Positions 9,131 through 19,600 of a stretch of DNA of 64,000 bases are shown here, in pieces. The notes under the pieces are model-generated. The model was given only the letters and a program-made list of their open reading frames with translations, was not told the DNA's origin and made no database searches. The number at the start of each line of letters is the position of its first letter. Within the stretch, counting starts at the first letter, position 1. The DNA is from Acidimicrobiales bacterium (GTDB lineage: Bacteria > Actinomycetota > Acidimicrobiia > Acidimicrobiales > Poriferisodalaceae), in NCBI GenBank assembly GCA_963663635.2, contig CAXXMY010000017.1:91461-155460 (forward strand). The letters are read 5' to 3'. The translations under genes were made by a program, and so were the position numbers.

Positions 9131-9601
9131 ATGACCATTCATGGAATGCACCACGAAGCCACCGTCGAGATCGCTGCCGCGCCCGACGCCGTGTACGGAT
9201 TGGTCTCGGACGTGCCGCGAATGGGGGAGTGGAGCCCCGAGAACGCCGGAGCCGACTGGACCAGCGGCACGCCAGGCGCCGAGGGCTCCATATTCGAAGG
9301 GCACAACCGCATCGGCGAGCGGGAATGGAGCGTGCCGTGCACGGTCACCGCAGCTCAGCCGGGCGAGTGCTTCGAGTGGGTGACCCGCCCTGAGGATCCC
9401 GAAGGCCCGTATGTGCGCTGGACCTACCGCATGACGCCCAATGAAGGTGGCGGTACGTCACTGACCGAGATCTGGGATGTCGTGACCCTGCCGCCGACGT
9501 TGCGATCGCTGAGCTCAGAGCAGCTGGCGGAGCGTGCCGATGTAGTCCGTGCCGGCATGGCCACGACCCTCGCTGCCATCAAGGCAGCCGCAGAGGGGTA
9601 G
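9131..9601 (+). CDS. SRPBCC (polyketide cyclase/dehydrase-like) family protein
   Basis: Size and the HEATVEIAAAPDAVYGLVSD...W pattern are typical of SRPBCC ligand-binding proteins. Confidence 0.7.
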   Translation: MTIHGMHHEATVEIAAAPDAVYGLVSDVPRMGEWSPENAGADWTSGTPGAEGSIFEGHNRIGEREWSVPCTVTAAQPGECFEWVTRPEDPEGPYVRWTYRMTPNEGGGTSLTEIWDVVTLPPTLRSLSSEQLAERADVVRAGMATTLAAIKAAAEG

Positions 9602-9613
9602 TGCTCGGGCTGC

Positions 9614-10672
9614 CTATGACTGGCAGCCGACGCCGTTGCCGTCCCGGTCGAGGCGGTACGGGTCCTCGCCGATGACCTTGACCATCACCGGCTTCTGGGC
9701 GGCGGTCAAATCGCCGCAGTTGATCGCATCGCCGGGAAGGTTCGGCAGGCAAGGTTCGTAGGCGGGGTGGCAGTCATTGCGGGCCTCGTCGTGATCCGGC
9801 GTCAGTGACGTTGTAGCTGCCGCCTGTGGATCGCTGAAGTTGAATTCGCCTCCGATGCACGAGTCGAGTGCGTCGTCCAGAACTCGTTGCTCGACGGCGT
9901 CCACAGCGAGATCCCAACGAGACTTCACGGCCACCCAATCTGATGCGTATTGGCACAGGTAGGCGTCCTCGGGGGGCCACCACTCCGCAGGATCCCGAGC
10001 GCTCTTGCTGCGGTTGGACGACGCCGTGACGGCAATGAGAGAGCGGGGATCGCCGAGGTCGTTGGCGAACCGGGTCCAGGTGTCGGCGGTCCACTGGTGC
10101 CCGCCGGACTCCCACGCCTCGGCAAGGGGCACCATGTGGTCAATGTCGAGGTCGGCTGCGGCTGTCACGCTGACGTTGTCGTACAGCGATAGCCACGTGC
10201 CGTCGGGGCGCCGTTCCGCTGCGAGGACGCGGTCTCGGGTGGAACCTCCATTGTTGTAGAGCCAGCCGCCGAACACGGCATCGCGGTCATAGCCCCGACG
10301 TTGCTCAGCTTCGACCCGTAATCGTTCGAACAGGCCGATGACACTGCGGCGACGTGCTAGATCTGCTGCCTCGGCTTCAGGGTCCCGAATGCTCGCATCG
10401 GGAAACGTGACCGGAGGCAGCACTTGTGTGTTGTCACCGACGGATTCCTGGCTCGCTGCATTCTGTGCGTCGTCGGACGAACCTGCCGAAGCCGGCGCGC
10501 CTGGCTCGTTCGTCGAGATGCTGGAGGATTCGATAGGACGCGCTGCATCCGATGGAACTCGGGTTGGGGTGGTGGTGGCGCAGGCTGCGGCGAGAGCCAG
10601 CCCGGCAGGCACGAGTCCCCACCGACGGAGTCTGACGCTCGTTGCGGTGTGGATCGGGTGACAGCACCGCAT
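9614..10672 (-). CDS. secreted lipoprotein nuclease candidate: DUF1524/HNH-type domain plus C-terminal Excalibur Ca-binding domain
   Basis: Signal/lipobox LALAAAC, DIDHMVPLAEAW and SNRSK motifs (GmrSD C-terminal-like HNH), and a C-terminal DRDGNGVGC Excalibur motif. Confidence 0.65.
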   Translation of the reverse strand: MRCCHPIHTATSVRLRRWGLVPAGLALAAACATTTPTRVPSDAARPIESSSISTNEPGAPASAGSSDDAQNAASQESVGDNTQVLPPVTFPDASIRDPEAEAADLARRRSVIGLFERLRVEAEQRRGYDRDAVFGGWLYNNGGSTRDRVLAAERRPDGTWLSLYDNVSVTAAADLDIDHMVPLAEAWESGGHQWTADTWTRFANDLGDPRSLIAVTASSNRSKSARDPAEWWPPEDAYLCQYASDWVAVKSRWDLAVDAVEQRVLDDALDSCIGGEFNFSDPQAAATTSLTPDHDEARNDCHPAYEPCLPNLPGDAINCGDLTAAQKPVMVKVIGEDPYRLDRDGNGVGCQS

Positions 10673-10840
10673 CTGTCGGAAAATGTAGGGACCCGGAGTC
10701 TTCGTGACGGATGCCGGGTCGAGTTCGATCAGATGACACCTACGCTTCGGAGCCCGAGCACTCGATCGGGGACCGCTATCGGCGGCTGCGGCCGGGGACT
10801 GCGGTCGGCGAGAGCACTGCGATCAAGGGGACGATGACTC

Positions 10841-11266
10841 ATGGACGCCATGGACTTTGGCAGCTTGAACTACTGGGCGATCATCGTGGCGGTGATCTTC
10901 AACCAAGTGCTGGGTGCGGCGTGGTACAGCACCCTGGCCAAGCCGTGGATGGCCGACGTGGGCCTGACCGACGACGACATGGCCGCGATGAAGGGAACCC
11001 ACAGGCAGTGGTCCCCCTATGTCGTCGCCATCGTGCTCGCGGCGGTGTTCACGTTCGCCTTGGCGTTGCTGGCGCAGGGGCTCGACGCTGACACGTTCGG
11101 CGAAGGGCTCGCCCTCGGTCTGCTGGCCGCAATCGGGTTCGTGGTCACGTCCCATGGCGTCAACTACACCTTTGAAGGCCGCAGCGTGCGCCTGCTGGCG
11201 ATCAACACCGGCTACCCGCTGATCTCCTACTGCGTGATCGGCGTCCTGCTCGCCCTCTGGCGTTGA
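10841..11266 (+). CDS. DUF1761 family membrane protein
   Basis: N-terminal NYWAIIVAVIFNQVLGAAWY and four hydrophobic segments. Confidence 0.7.
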   Translation: MDAMDFGSLNYWAIIVAVIFNQVLGAAWYSTLAKPWMADVGLTDDDMAAMKGTHRQWSPYVVAIVLAAVFTFALALLAQGLDADTFGEGLALGLLAAIGFVVTSHGVNYTFEGRSVRLLAINTGYPLISYCVIGVLLALWR

Positions 11267-11337
11267 GGCAGCCCTGGCAACACGGCGAACGGAGAACTAG
11301 GCCTCGGCGTGCTGTAGGCCCTCTGGCGATAGGACAC

Positions 11338-12897
11338 CTACAGACTGGCGATGTGGCGAAAGGCGGAGTATTTCGGCTGGTCGATCGCCACTTGGTGGGC
11401 CACCGAGGTGCGCAGGTAGTCGGCGAGGCCCCGGGTGTCGAGCGCCATGGACCCGTCTCGCAGTTGATGCACGAGTTTCCAGCGCAGGGCCGTGACCTGC
11501 TCGGTGATGTCGGCGTCGGCGACATGGCCATCGTCGGGAAGACTTTCGCTGGACCGCAGGCTCCCACCGTCCAGCAGCGCTACGAGCTGGTCCAGTTCGT
11601 AGCGCCGCAGCTGAGGGCCGATCAGCCGTTCGCGCAGCGCAATGTCGATGGAGTTGCCTGCAACGAGCGCCAGAAAATTGGTGCGGCCCTCGGTGTTTTG
11701 ACGGACCTCGCCATGCAGGAAGTCACGCACGCTCTCGAGTAGCTCATCCACCCGAGGCATGTCGCCCGCAGCAGTGCTTGCATCTGTGCCTGTCCTGGGG
11801 CGGCCGTCACTGCCGGTTTCCAGCAGTCCGAGCGTCGCCACTGCGGGCAGGAATTCCACTGAGCCGGGAATGATCAGGTTCACGCAGTCCAGCTGGCACT
11901 CAGAGCTGCGGCGACCGATGGCAGGCCGCTCAACCGTGGCGTCTGAACCCATCCGGTAGCGATCGGCCATTCCGAGGCACCCGACGGCCCACCAGAACGA
12001 GCCGAACACCTCCCAGAAGTGGACCCGTGCCCGATCGACAGGTGTGTCCGAGATGTCTTCGTAGCCGGCGAATAGGTCGTCGTAGTGCCCGAATCCTCCA
12101 ACAGGCAGGTGCCGTTGGCCGAAGCGCCACGAATTGGTGCACATCCAGCCCAAATCTCGCATCGGGTCGCCGATGTGGGCGGTCTCCCAGTCGAGGACGG
12201 CAATCAGTCCATCCGCGGGGTCCACCATCACGTTGCCGTTGCGGAAGTCGTTGTGCACCAGCGTCAGATCGATCAGTTCACTGCCGGCTAGGTGCTCTGC
12301 GAGCCAGCGAGCGGCGAAGTCGATCATGGGCTGCGGCGTGGGCATCTCCTGGTACCGGACCCAGGTCTCTGCGAGGTAGTCGGCTGGCTCGACGCGACGC
12401 AGAACCGGCGCCAAGCCAGTTGCGTCAACGTCGATCCCATGAATGCGAGCCATCTCCTGGCCGCACTGGAACGCGAGCTGTGAGCGCACATCGTCGAGCT
12501 CGGGAGCCCGAGCGATGCGAGCACCCAGCGTGACCCCGTCGAGCCATTCCATGATGAAGCCCGCACCGACGCCGTCGGCAGGGGCCAGCACGTAGAGCAC
12601 CTCGGGCTCAGGCACGCCCGCCGCACGAGCCGTGCTCATGCACCGAGCCTCGGCTTCGACGCCGGTGACGTTGTCGCCTTCGCGGTCCACGCCGTCAGGC
12701 CCTCGCCGCAGGCAGATGTCGAACACGCCGTCGGGGTCCGAGGAACGGCGACACCGAAGCCGATACGTCTCCATGCTCGCCCCGCCGCTGAGCCGCTCGG
12801 CCGAGATCAGCCCGTCACAGTCACCGATCTCGCGCCGCAGTACAGCGTCAAGAGCGTCGGCGAACTCGGGCAGCACGTGCTGGCGATCGTCGCTCAT
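11338..12897 (-). CDS. phosphotransferase (APH/choline-kinase-like) family protein with a C-terminal extra domain
   Basis: Kinase motifs LVHNDFRNGN and DWE. ATG 12897 lies just after the stop of the upstream gene; the 616-aa ORF in the track is over-extended. Confidence 0.75.
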   Translation of the reverse strand: MSDDRQHVLPEFADALDAVLRREIGDCDGLISAERLSGGASMETYRLRCRRSSDPDGVFDICLRRGPDGVDREGDNVTGVEAEARCMSTARAAGVPEPEVLYVLAPADGVGAGFIMEWLDGVTLGARIARAPELDDVRSQLAFQCGQEMARIHGIDVDATGLAPVLRRVEPADYLAETWVRYQEMPTPQPMIDFAARWLAEHLAGSELIDLTLVHNDFRNGNVMVDPADGLIAVLDWETAHIGDPMRDLGWMCTNSWRFGQRHLPVGGFGHYDDLFAGYEDISDTPVDRARVHFWEVFGSFWWAVGCLGMADRYRMGSDATVERPAIGRRSSECQLDCVNLIIPGSVEFLPAVATLGLLETGSDGRPRTGTDASTAAGDMPRVDELLESVRDFLHGEVRQNTEGRTNFLALVAGNSIDIALRERLIGPQLRRYELDQLVALLDGGSLRSSESLPDDGHVADADITEQVTALRWKLVHQLRDGSMALDTRGLADYLRTSVAHQVAIDQPKYSAFRHIASL

Positions 12898-12943
12898 GTC
12901 TGGGCGAACCTCTCCGCGACGGCGCATCCGGCCCTGAAGCGAC

Positions 12944-13840
12944 TCAGTCGTCCTTCTGCTGAGAGCCGAAGATCGTCGGCGGTCCCTTGCGTGACCAGTC
13001 GGGCGCCCCGTGCATCTGACGGCCATTGATGGTGAGCATCTGGGAAGACTCGCCGCCGCAGATGCGGCCGCCGCTCGCGCCGAGCACGCCGTTCGCACCG
13101 ACGTGGGAGATGGGGTAAGAGTCGATTGCCGAGTATGTCTGCAGCAGCAGGGGCCTGGGCCGTGGCGAATTGTTCGGCATCGAGCCATGCACCATGGCGC
13201 AGTTATGAACCGTCACCGAGCCTGCCGGTCCGCCGAGATACTCCATGGCGTCGATGTCGAGCCTGGCAGCGTCGTCGTCGCTCATTGCCCCGGCCCAGCT
13301 TCCGTCGGGCGTATACAGGTCGTACAGCGGCCCCAGATGGCTGCCGGGAAGCACGCCCATCGGGGCCATGTCGTCGTCGACGTCGAAGAGGTACATACCG
13401 ATCGTCAGCGGCGTGAAGTCGGTGTGGGGCCAGAATTGGATGTCCTGGTGCCACTTGACCTCCTCGCCGCCGTCAGACCACTTGAAGTTGAGCTTGGAAT
13501 GGTGGTACCGGACCGGGCCGCCAAGCAGCGCAGAGGCCAGCTGCGCCGGCGGACCCTCAAAGGTGAACCGGGCGTACGTCGGGTGCTGGTCCACGGGGGA
13601 GTTCAGGCGTCGCAGCCTCGGTGCGTCAGCAGTGTGCGTGGGTTCGAGATCGAACACCTTGCCCGGGGCGGTCTCCGCCCTGCTGGCTTCGATGAACTCT
13701 GTTGTGACGGCCCGCAGCTCATCGAGCCAATCGGCCCCGACAAAGCCAGGCAGGCACAAGTACCCATTCGCCTCATAGTCGGCCCTTTGTCGGTCCGAGA
13801 TGGGGCTGTCGGCGACCGGGGGAGCGTCCGCAAGCGTCAT
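12944..13840 (-). CDS. phytanoyl-CoA dioxygenase (PhyH) family Fe(II)/2-oxoglutarate oxygenase
   Basis: N-terminal Y..NGYL, WHQD facial-triad region, and a distal His (VHGS). Confidence 0.8.
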   Translation of the reverse strand: MTLADAPPVADSPISDRQRADYEANGYLCLPGFVGADWLDELRAVTTEFIEASRAETAPGKVFDLEPTHTADAPRLRRLNSPVDQHPTYARFTFEGPPAQLASALLGGPVRYHHSKLNFKWSDGGEEVKWHQDIQFWPHTDFTPLTIGMYLFDVDDDMAPMGVLPGSHLGPLYDLYTPDGSWAGAMSDDDAARLDIDAMEYLGGPAGSVTVHNCAMVHGSMPNNSPRPRPLLLQTYSAIDSYPISHVGANGVLGASGGRICGGESSQMLTINGRQMHGAPDWSRKGPPTIFGSQQKDD

Positions 13841-13913
13841 GGCCGAAACCGTACCGGTTCGTGCCCTCCTGAGTCACCGTGCGATGGCCGCCCCACGTTC
13901 TTAGGGTGAAGCC

Positions 13914-15221
13914 ATGGCAGCGGATCTCGTGATCACGGGGGGCCGGCTCACGGATGCAGCGAGGCCGATCGCCGCTGACCCTGTCGACGTCGTCATCGAC
14001 AACGGGCAGATCGTCGCCGTCGTGCCAGCGGGTGAAGCTGGCCCCGCCCGGCGCACCCTCGATGCCACCGACGCATGGGTGATGCCCGGTTTCGTGGATA
14101 TCCAGGTGCACTTCCGTACGCCGGGCGGCACCGAGAGCGAGGACATCACGTCGGGTGCGGCCGGCGCGGCGATGGGCGGCGTCACGGCATGCGTGATGAT
14201 GCCGAACACGAATCCGACGATCGACAGCCCCGACATGGTCCGCGAAGTGCTCTTGCTGGCCGAAGGCGCACCATGCGACGTGCGAGCATCCGCAGCGATC
14301 ACCGTGGGCCGACTGGGCGAGCGGCTCACCGATATGGCAGCGCTGCATTCTGCGGGCGTCAGGGTGTTCACCGACGACGGCGACTGTGTGGCCGACGACG
14401 TGCTCATGCAACGGGCGCTCGCCGCCACCGTCGGCCTGCCCGGCTCGGTCGTCAGCCAGCACGCCGAAGACCCGTCCATGGTTGCCGGGGGAGTCATCAA
14501 CGACGGTGCGGTCGCGCGGCGCCTAGGCCTTGCCGGCCGGCCAGCGGCGGCCGAGGAGAGCATCGTGCGGCGTGATCTTGCATTGGCGGCACAGACCGGC
14601 GGCCGGTACCACGTCTTGCACCTGTCCACGTCGGCTGCGATGGCACGAGTCTCGATTGCGAAGCGAAGCGGCATCAGGGCGACTGCCGAAGTCACTCCCC
14701 AGCATCTCGTCCTCACAGAGGACGACGTCGAGCGACTCGGCACGACCGGCAAGATGAACCCCCCGCTGCGCCTGCGCAGTGATGTGGAGGCATTGCGCCT
14801 CGGCATCTGCGACGGCACGCTCGACGCGGTCGCGACCGATCACGCGCCGCACCACCCCTCGCTCAAGGGCACAACGCTGCGAGATGCCGCTCCGGGCATG
14901 ACCGGCGTGGAGACGATGGCGTCGGTGATCTGGACAGAGCTCGTGGAAACGGGGGCGATGTCGCCCGCCCGTTTTGCCGAGGTGGTCTCTGTTGCGCCGG
15001 CACGCATCGCCGGCATTGCTCAGCACGGCCACCGCGTCGAAGCCGGGACGCCCGCCAATCTCGCAGTGTTCGATCCCGCCGAGCGCTGGACCGTCCACGC
15101 CAACGAGCTTCAGTCGCGCAGCCGCAACACGCCATGGGGAGGTCGCGAACTCACCGGCAGAGTGCGTCACACTGTGCTGGCCGGCGCCCCCGTGGTCGCT
15201 GACGGCGAACTCTGCTGCTGA
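13914..15221 (+). CDS. pyrC: dihydroorotase (cyclic amidohydrolase family)
   Basis: DIQVHFRTPG, MPNTNP, HLST and ATDHAPH motifs of class I dihydroorotases. Confidence 0.75.
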   Translation: MAADLVITGGRLTDAARPIAADPVDVVIDNGQIVAVVPAGEAGPARRTLDATDAWVMPGFVDIQVHFRTPGGTESEDITSGAAGAAMGGVTACVMMPNTNPTIDSPDMVREVLLLAEGAPCDVRASAAITVGRLGERLTDMAALHSAGVRVFTDDGDCVADDVLMQRALAATVGLPGSVVSQHAEDPSMVAGGVINDGAVARRLGLAGRPAAAEESIVRRDLALAAQTGGRYHVLHLSTSAAMARVSIAKRSGIRATAEVTPQHLVLTEDDVERLGTTGKMNPPLRLRSDVEALRLGICDGTLDAVATDHAPHHPSLKGTTLRDAAPGMTGVETMASVIWTELVETGAMSPARFAEVVSVAPARIAGIAQHGHRVEAGTPANLAVFDPAERWTVHANELQSRSRNTPWGGRELTGRVRHTVLAGAPVVADGELCC

Positions 15222-15231
15222 GACCCGGGAT

Positions 15232-15251
15232 CGGCCCCGAAGATGGGGCCG
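15232..15251. terminator. 7-bp GC hairpin between convergent genes (candidate bidirectional terminator)
   Basis: cggcccc-gaagat-ggggccg forms a perfect stem. There is no obvious U-tract. Confidence 0.4.
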
Positions 15252-15276
15252 CTCGGCTCAGCGGTGCGTCACGCTG

Positions 15277-16467
15277 CTACCAGGCGCCCGCCTCGCGCCA
15301 CCGTTCCAGGTCGTCCCATTCGACACCGGCCTCGAGCAGCACTTCCTCGGTGTGCTGGCCGAGTTCGGCGACTTGGTTACTGAAGCGCGTCGGAGTGTCG
15401 CTCATGGTGATCGGGCAGCCCACCCAGGTCTGTTCGCCCCACTCGTCGTGGTCGGCTTTGGCCAGATAGCCGTTGGCATAGGGCTGCTCGCTGGCCACAA
15501 CTTCGGAATGCGAGCGCACCGCGCAGAACCGCTGTTCTTCGGCCTCGAGCCGCTTCGACCATTCCTCGGTAGTGCGCGTCTGGAACACCTCGATGAAGAA
15601 CGCCCGCATCTCTGCGGCCACTTCCCGGCTCACGAAGTAGGCGTTGAACGTCGGATGGTCCACCATGTCGGGACGCTCGATGGCCCTGCACATGCCTGGC
15701 CATAGGTGCTCTGGGCAACCTGCCATGGCCAGGTAGCCGTCGGCGGTGGGGAAGATGCCGTACAGCGCATGCACGAGGGGGTGCCCGCCGTTGGAGCGGC
15801 CTGCTTCGTTGCCCGTGAGCAGCAGATGGGTGTACTCGACTGCTTGGAGCCAGATCTGCCCGCCCAGCAGGCTGACGTCGATTCGCTGACCCCGGCCCGA
15901 GCGCTCTCGGGCATACAAGGCAGCGATAATTCCTGTCTGGAGGTTCTGCGAGCCGCAGTGATCGGCCACCAGCGAGCCGTACATCGACAGCGGGCCGCCG
16001 TCATACCCGCTGGATGCAATCACGCCGCCTGAGGCCTGCCCTGCGATGTCGGCGCCTTCGCGCAGGGCATCAGGCCCGATGGGGCCCAGGAAGCTCCCCG
16101 CCGCCCAGATGATCCTGGGGTTCACTGCGGCGAGCTCGTCGTAGCTCAGACCCCACTCGTCGAGCGTGCCCGGTTTGAAGTTCGACAGCACTACGTCGGC
16201 GGTTTCCGCCAGGCGCAGGAAGGCCTCTCGTCCGGCCTCGACACGCAGATCCAGCGTCACGGATCGCTTGCCCCGATTGCAGGCGATGAACACCGACGTG
16301 TGGCCGTAATCCTCCAGCATGTCCACATGGCGTCCTACGTCGCCGATGCCCGGAAGCTCGATCTTGATGACGTCCGCGCCGAGGTCGTGCAGCATCTCGG
16401 CGGCCTGCGGGCCCTGCACCAGCGTGGACAGGTCCAACACGCGAATTCCGTCAAGTGCACCGGCCAT
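15277..16467 (-). CDS. CaiB/BaiF family (class III) CoA-transferase
   Basis: N-terminal LDGIRVLDLS..QGP...L.DLGADVIKIE signature. Confidence 0.85.
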   Translation of the reverse strand: MAGALDGIRVLDLSTLVQGPQAAEMLHDLGADVIKIELPGIGDVGRHVDMLEDYGHTSVFIACNRGKRSVTLDLRVEAGREAFLRLAETADVVLSNFKPGTLDEWGLSYDELAAVNPRIIWAAGSFLGPIGPDALREGADIAGQASGGVIASSGYDGGPLSMYGSLVADHCGSQNLQTGIIAALYARERSGRGQRIDVSLLGGQIWLQAVEYTHLLLTGNEAGRSNGGHPLVHALYGIFPTADGYLAMAGCPEHLWPGMCRAIERPDMVDHPTFNAYFVSREVAAEMRAFFIEVFQTRTTEEWSKRLEAEEQRFCAVRSHSEVVASEQPYANGYLAKADHDEWGEQTWVGCPITMSDTPTRFSNQVAELGQHTEEVLLEAGVEWDDLERWREAGAW

Positions 16468-16676
16468 GATTCCCCCTTCGCCACAGTGACGTCACCGTGA
16501 TACCCGATGATGGTACTGAGTGCCCTGGAATGGCCTGTCACAGCTTCGGGCGAGAGCCGGATCAGTACGTCGCTGCGCCAGCCAAGGCAGCGGCCGCCGC
16601 CTGAGCCGAGCCACACCGCTCAATGAACAAATGTTCCCAGGCAACAAACATCGTGGCTCGATTATATTGATCTGGC

Positions 16677-19600
16677 ATGCCAAGAATGTGGCACGACGAG
16701 CGTGGAAGACGGGCCGAGCCTTCCCGAGTCCCGCCCCGTGTCCGATCGCCTCGACTGCTCCTCTGCTGCGTTGCGGTGGCGCTCGCGTCACTCTCGGCAC
16801 CTACCGGTCGGGCATCTGCACAAATAGCTGCTGATGAGGGTTTGACGCTGGTTGTTGTGCTCGCCTCGTCATTGCCCGATGTGGGTTCGGCGGCGTCGCT
16901 GGTTGCAGCGGGCGTCGGTGATGCGGTGTTGCTGGCTGACTCGTCGACATCGCTGGGCGATGCTGCGGCGAACCTGGTACACGGGCGCCGGCCAGCTCAT
17001 TTCGTCCTCGTCGGAGGCGCGGCTGCTTTGGCCACCTCGATAGAACATGAGCTAGCTGAACTAGCGCCAGGCGCGACGACGGAACGGCTTGCCGGCGCTG
17101 ATCGCCTGGAGACCGCAGTACTGGCCGCCCGGCGCGCAGTCACCGACGCCAGCACAGTCGTGCTCGCACACGGCTGGTCGCTGCCGGACGTGGGCGTGGC
17201 GGCATCGGTGGTGGCGTCAGGCGGTGCTGACGTCGTGCTGTACACGGCCGGGAACGAGCTCGGGGTGACAACATCGCACGCACTAGGTGAGCTGTCGACG
17301 CGATCGATCGTTGCGGTCGGCGGAACGGCGGCGTTGCCAACCGCAGTGCTCGACGCCGCCGTCGCGGCTGCAGGCGCGACATCCCAGCGACGACTCGGCG
17401 GCGCGACCCGCATCGAGACAGCAGTTGCAGGCGCCAGGTTCGCAGCGGGCGACTGCGTAGCTGTGGCCGTCGTGGTCAATGGCTGGTCCGATGCCGATGT
17501 GGCCATCGCAGCCGCGCTCGGTGCCGCGCTCGACGACAGCGTCGTGCTGTACGCCCAGGCACCCGACGCACTCGGCGTCGCAACCGAATCAGCCATCGAA
17601 CGACTCGAGCCTGCGCACTTCGTAACTATCGGCAGCGACCAGTCATTGGCGGTCGGCTTGCGCAGCTCCATGAAGAAGGTGGCTCCGCTGCGACACCTCA
17701 CCAGCCCGGCACAGGCCACCCGTCATGCCCTCGACTACGCCAGCCGTTACGAATGCGACGAGGAGGACTTCGGCGGAAGCGGTGGTGGCGGCGGAAGCGG
17801 CGGCGGCAGCGGCGGGGGCAGCGGCGGGGCCAATCTGGTAGCTGACGACGACCTGGGGCGCATCGTGTTTGTCTCAGACGGTGACGGTGCGGCTCTCGTG
17901 GTCATAAGTACCGACGACGGCGAGATGCAGCGATTGACGTTCGGCCCGTCCGACGTTCACAACCCGAGATGGTCACCCGATGGAACTTCTGTCGTCTACG
18001 ACAAGGACGATGACGGTGACGGTGACTCGCAGATCTACACGGCGGATGCCGATGGCACTAACGCGGTGAAGCTGACCAGCAGCACGCATGACGACATCCT
18101 GCCGGTGTGGTCGCCGGACGGGTCCAGCATCTTGTACTTCAGCGGTAGCGGAGCCGAACAGCTGCGCGTCGTGGGTGCCGACGGCACCGGCGACCGGCTC
18201 GTCGCCAGCAACGTGCTGCTGTACAGGCATCGCACGGCCGCGTGGTCGCCCGACGGCATCAAGATCGCTTACACCGGCAGTCGCGAGGGTGGGCGGGCCG
18301 TTTTCATCGTGAACGCCGACGGTACCGGCCTCCAAGAGATCAATACGGACCTGTATGACTCGAACGGCTACGTGAGTTGGTCGCCCGACAGCCAGCGTCT
18401 CGCATACGACGGCGGCACCGATCCCGCCGGATCGCAGATCATTGTCACGACTCTGGCCGACGGCACCAGCGCCGCCTTGACCGCAGGGGGCTGGGACTCC
18501 CAACCCGCCTGGTCTCCCGACGGCACGTCCATCGCGTACGTGCACTACGACAGTGACTACTGGGCGCACGTGTACGTTATGGACGCAGACGGTACCGACT
18601 CCCGGCAAGTCACCAACGAACGGGCAGTTGCCGGTGAGCCATCGCGCTTTGTCGAGGTGCTGGAGTGGTCACCCGACAGTTCCCAGCTGGCGTACCGAGC
18701 TGCAGCCGAGCGCCGATTCGGCGATCTGTTCGTGATCGACGCCGATGGGACGGACCGGATCCAGCTGACTCACGACGCCAGGTCAAAGACCGGGTTGAGC
18801 TGGTCCACCGATGGCAGCAGCCTCCTGTTTACCGCCGACCCGGGCTCTGACATTTTCGTCGTACGTGAAGACGGGACCGGTCACGTTCGGCTGACTGATG
18901 ACTTCGGCGACGATACCGACCCGAAATGGTCCCCTAACGGCACCAAAATCGTCTACGTCACCAACGACGGCGACACCGAAATCGCCCTCATAAACGCCGA
19001 CGGCACCAACCCCGTACAGCTCACCAACAACAACACCGACGACACCGACCCGAAATGGTCCCCTAACGGCACCAAAATCGTCTACGTCACCAACGACGGC
19101 GACACCGAAATCGCCCTCATAAACGCCGACGGCACCAACCCCGTACAGCTCACCAACAACAACACCGACGACACCGACCCGAAATGGTCCCCTATCGGCA
19201 CCAAAATCGTCTACGTCACCAACGACGGCGACACCGAAATCGCCCTCATAAACGCCGACGGCACCAACCCCGTACAGCTCACCAACAACAACTTCCGCGA
19301 CTGGGATCCTGACTGGTCGCCCGACGGCGCAAAGTTTGCCTACACAAGCGCATCTGTGCCCGGTGACGTCGAGATCTTCACTATGAACGCCGACGGCAGC
19401 GGGATTCTGCAACTGACCGACGGCGCCTCTCACAGTTTCGGGCCGCTGTGGTCGCCCGACGGCGACAGGATCCTCTATAGCGAACGGCTGCTGTCGTTCG
19501 AATCGGCCGTGGTGCGGTCCGCCGACGGTGCCGACAAGAAGGATCTGGGATTCTTCACCGGACCGATCTGGGCGCGCGACGGCACCCGCGTCGTCTGCTC

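Noticed and set aside
10673-10840. Riboswitch upstream of the DUF1761 gene (guanidine/ykkC-like or c-di-AMP-like GGGA/ACGR elements)
   Set aside because: There are only loose GC-rich resemblances, and the conserved ykkC core (ACACGG...GGGA...CCCGGGAG) is absent. No cobalamin-box or THF riboswitch core was seen near the corrinoid and folate genes either.
18915-19290. Tandem repeats as a CRISPR array (also those at 5490-5539 and 56215-64)
   Set aside because: The 129-bp units are contiguous, in frame and coding, with no spacers. The short repeats have only two copies with 7-10 nt between them. No cas genes are present.
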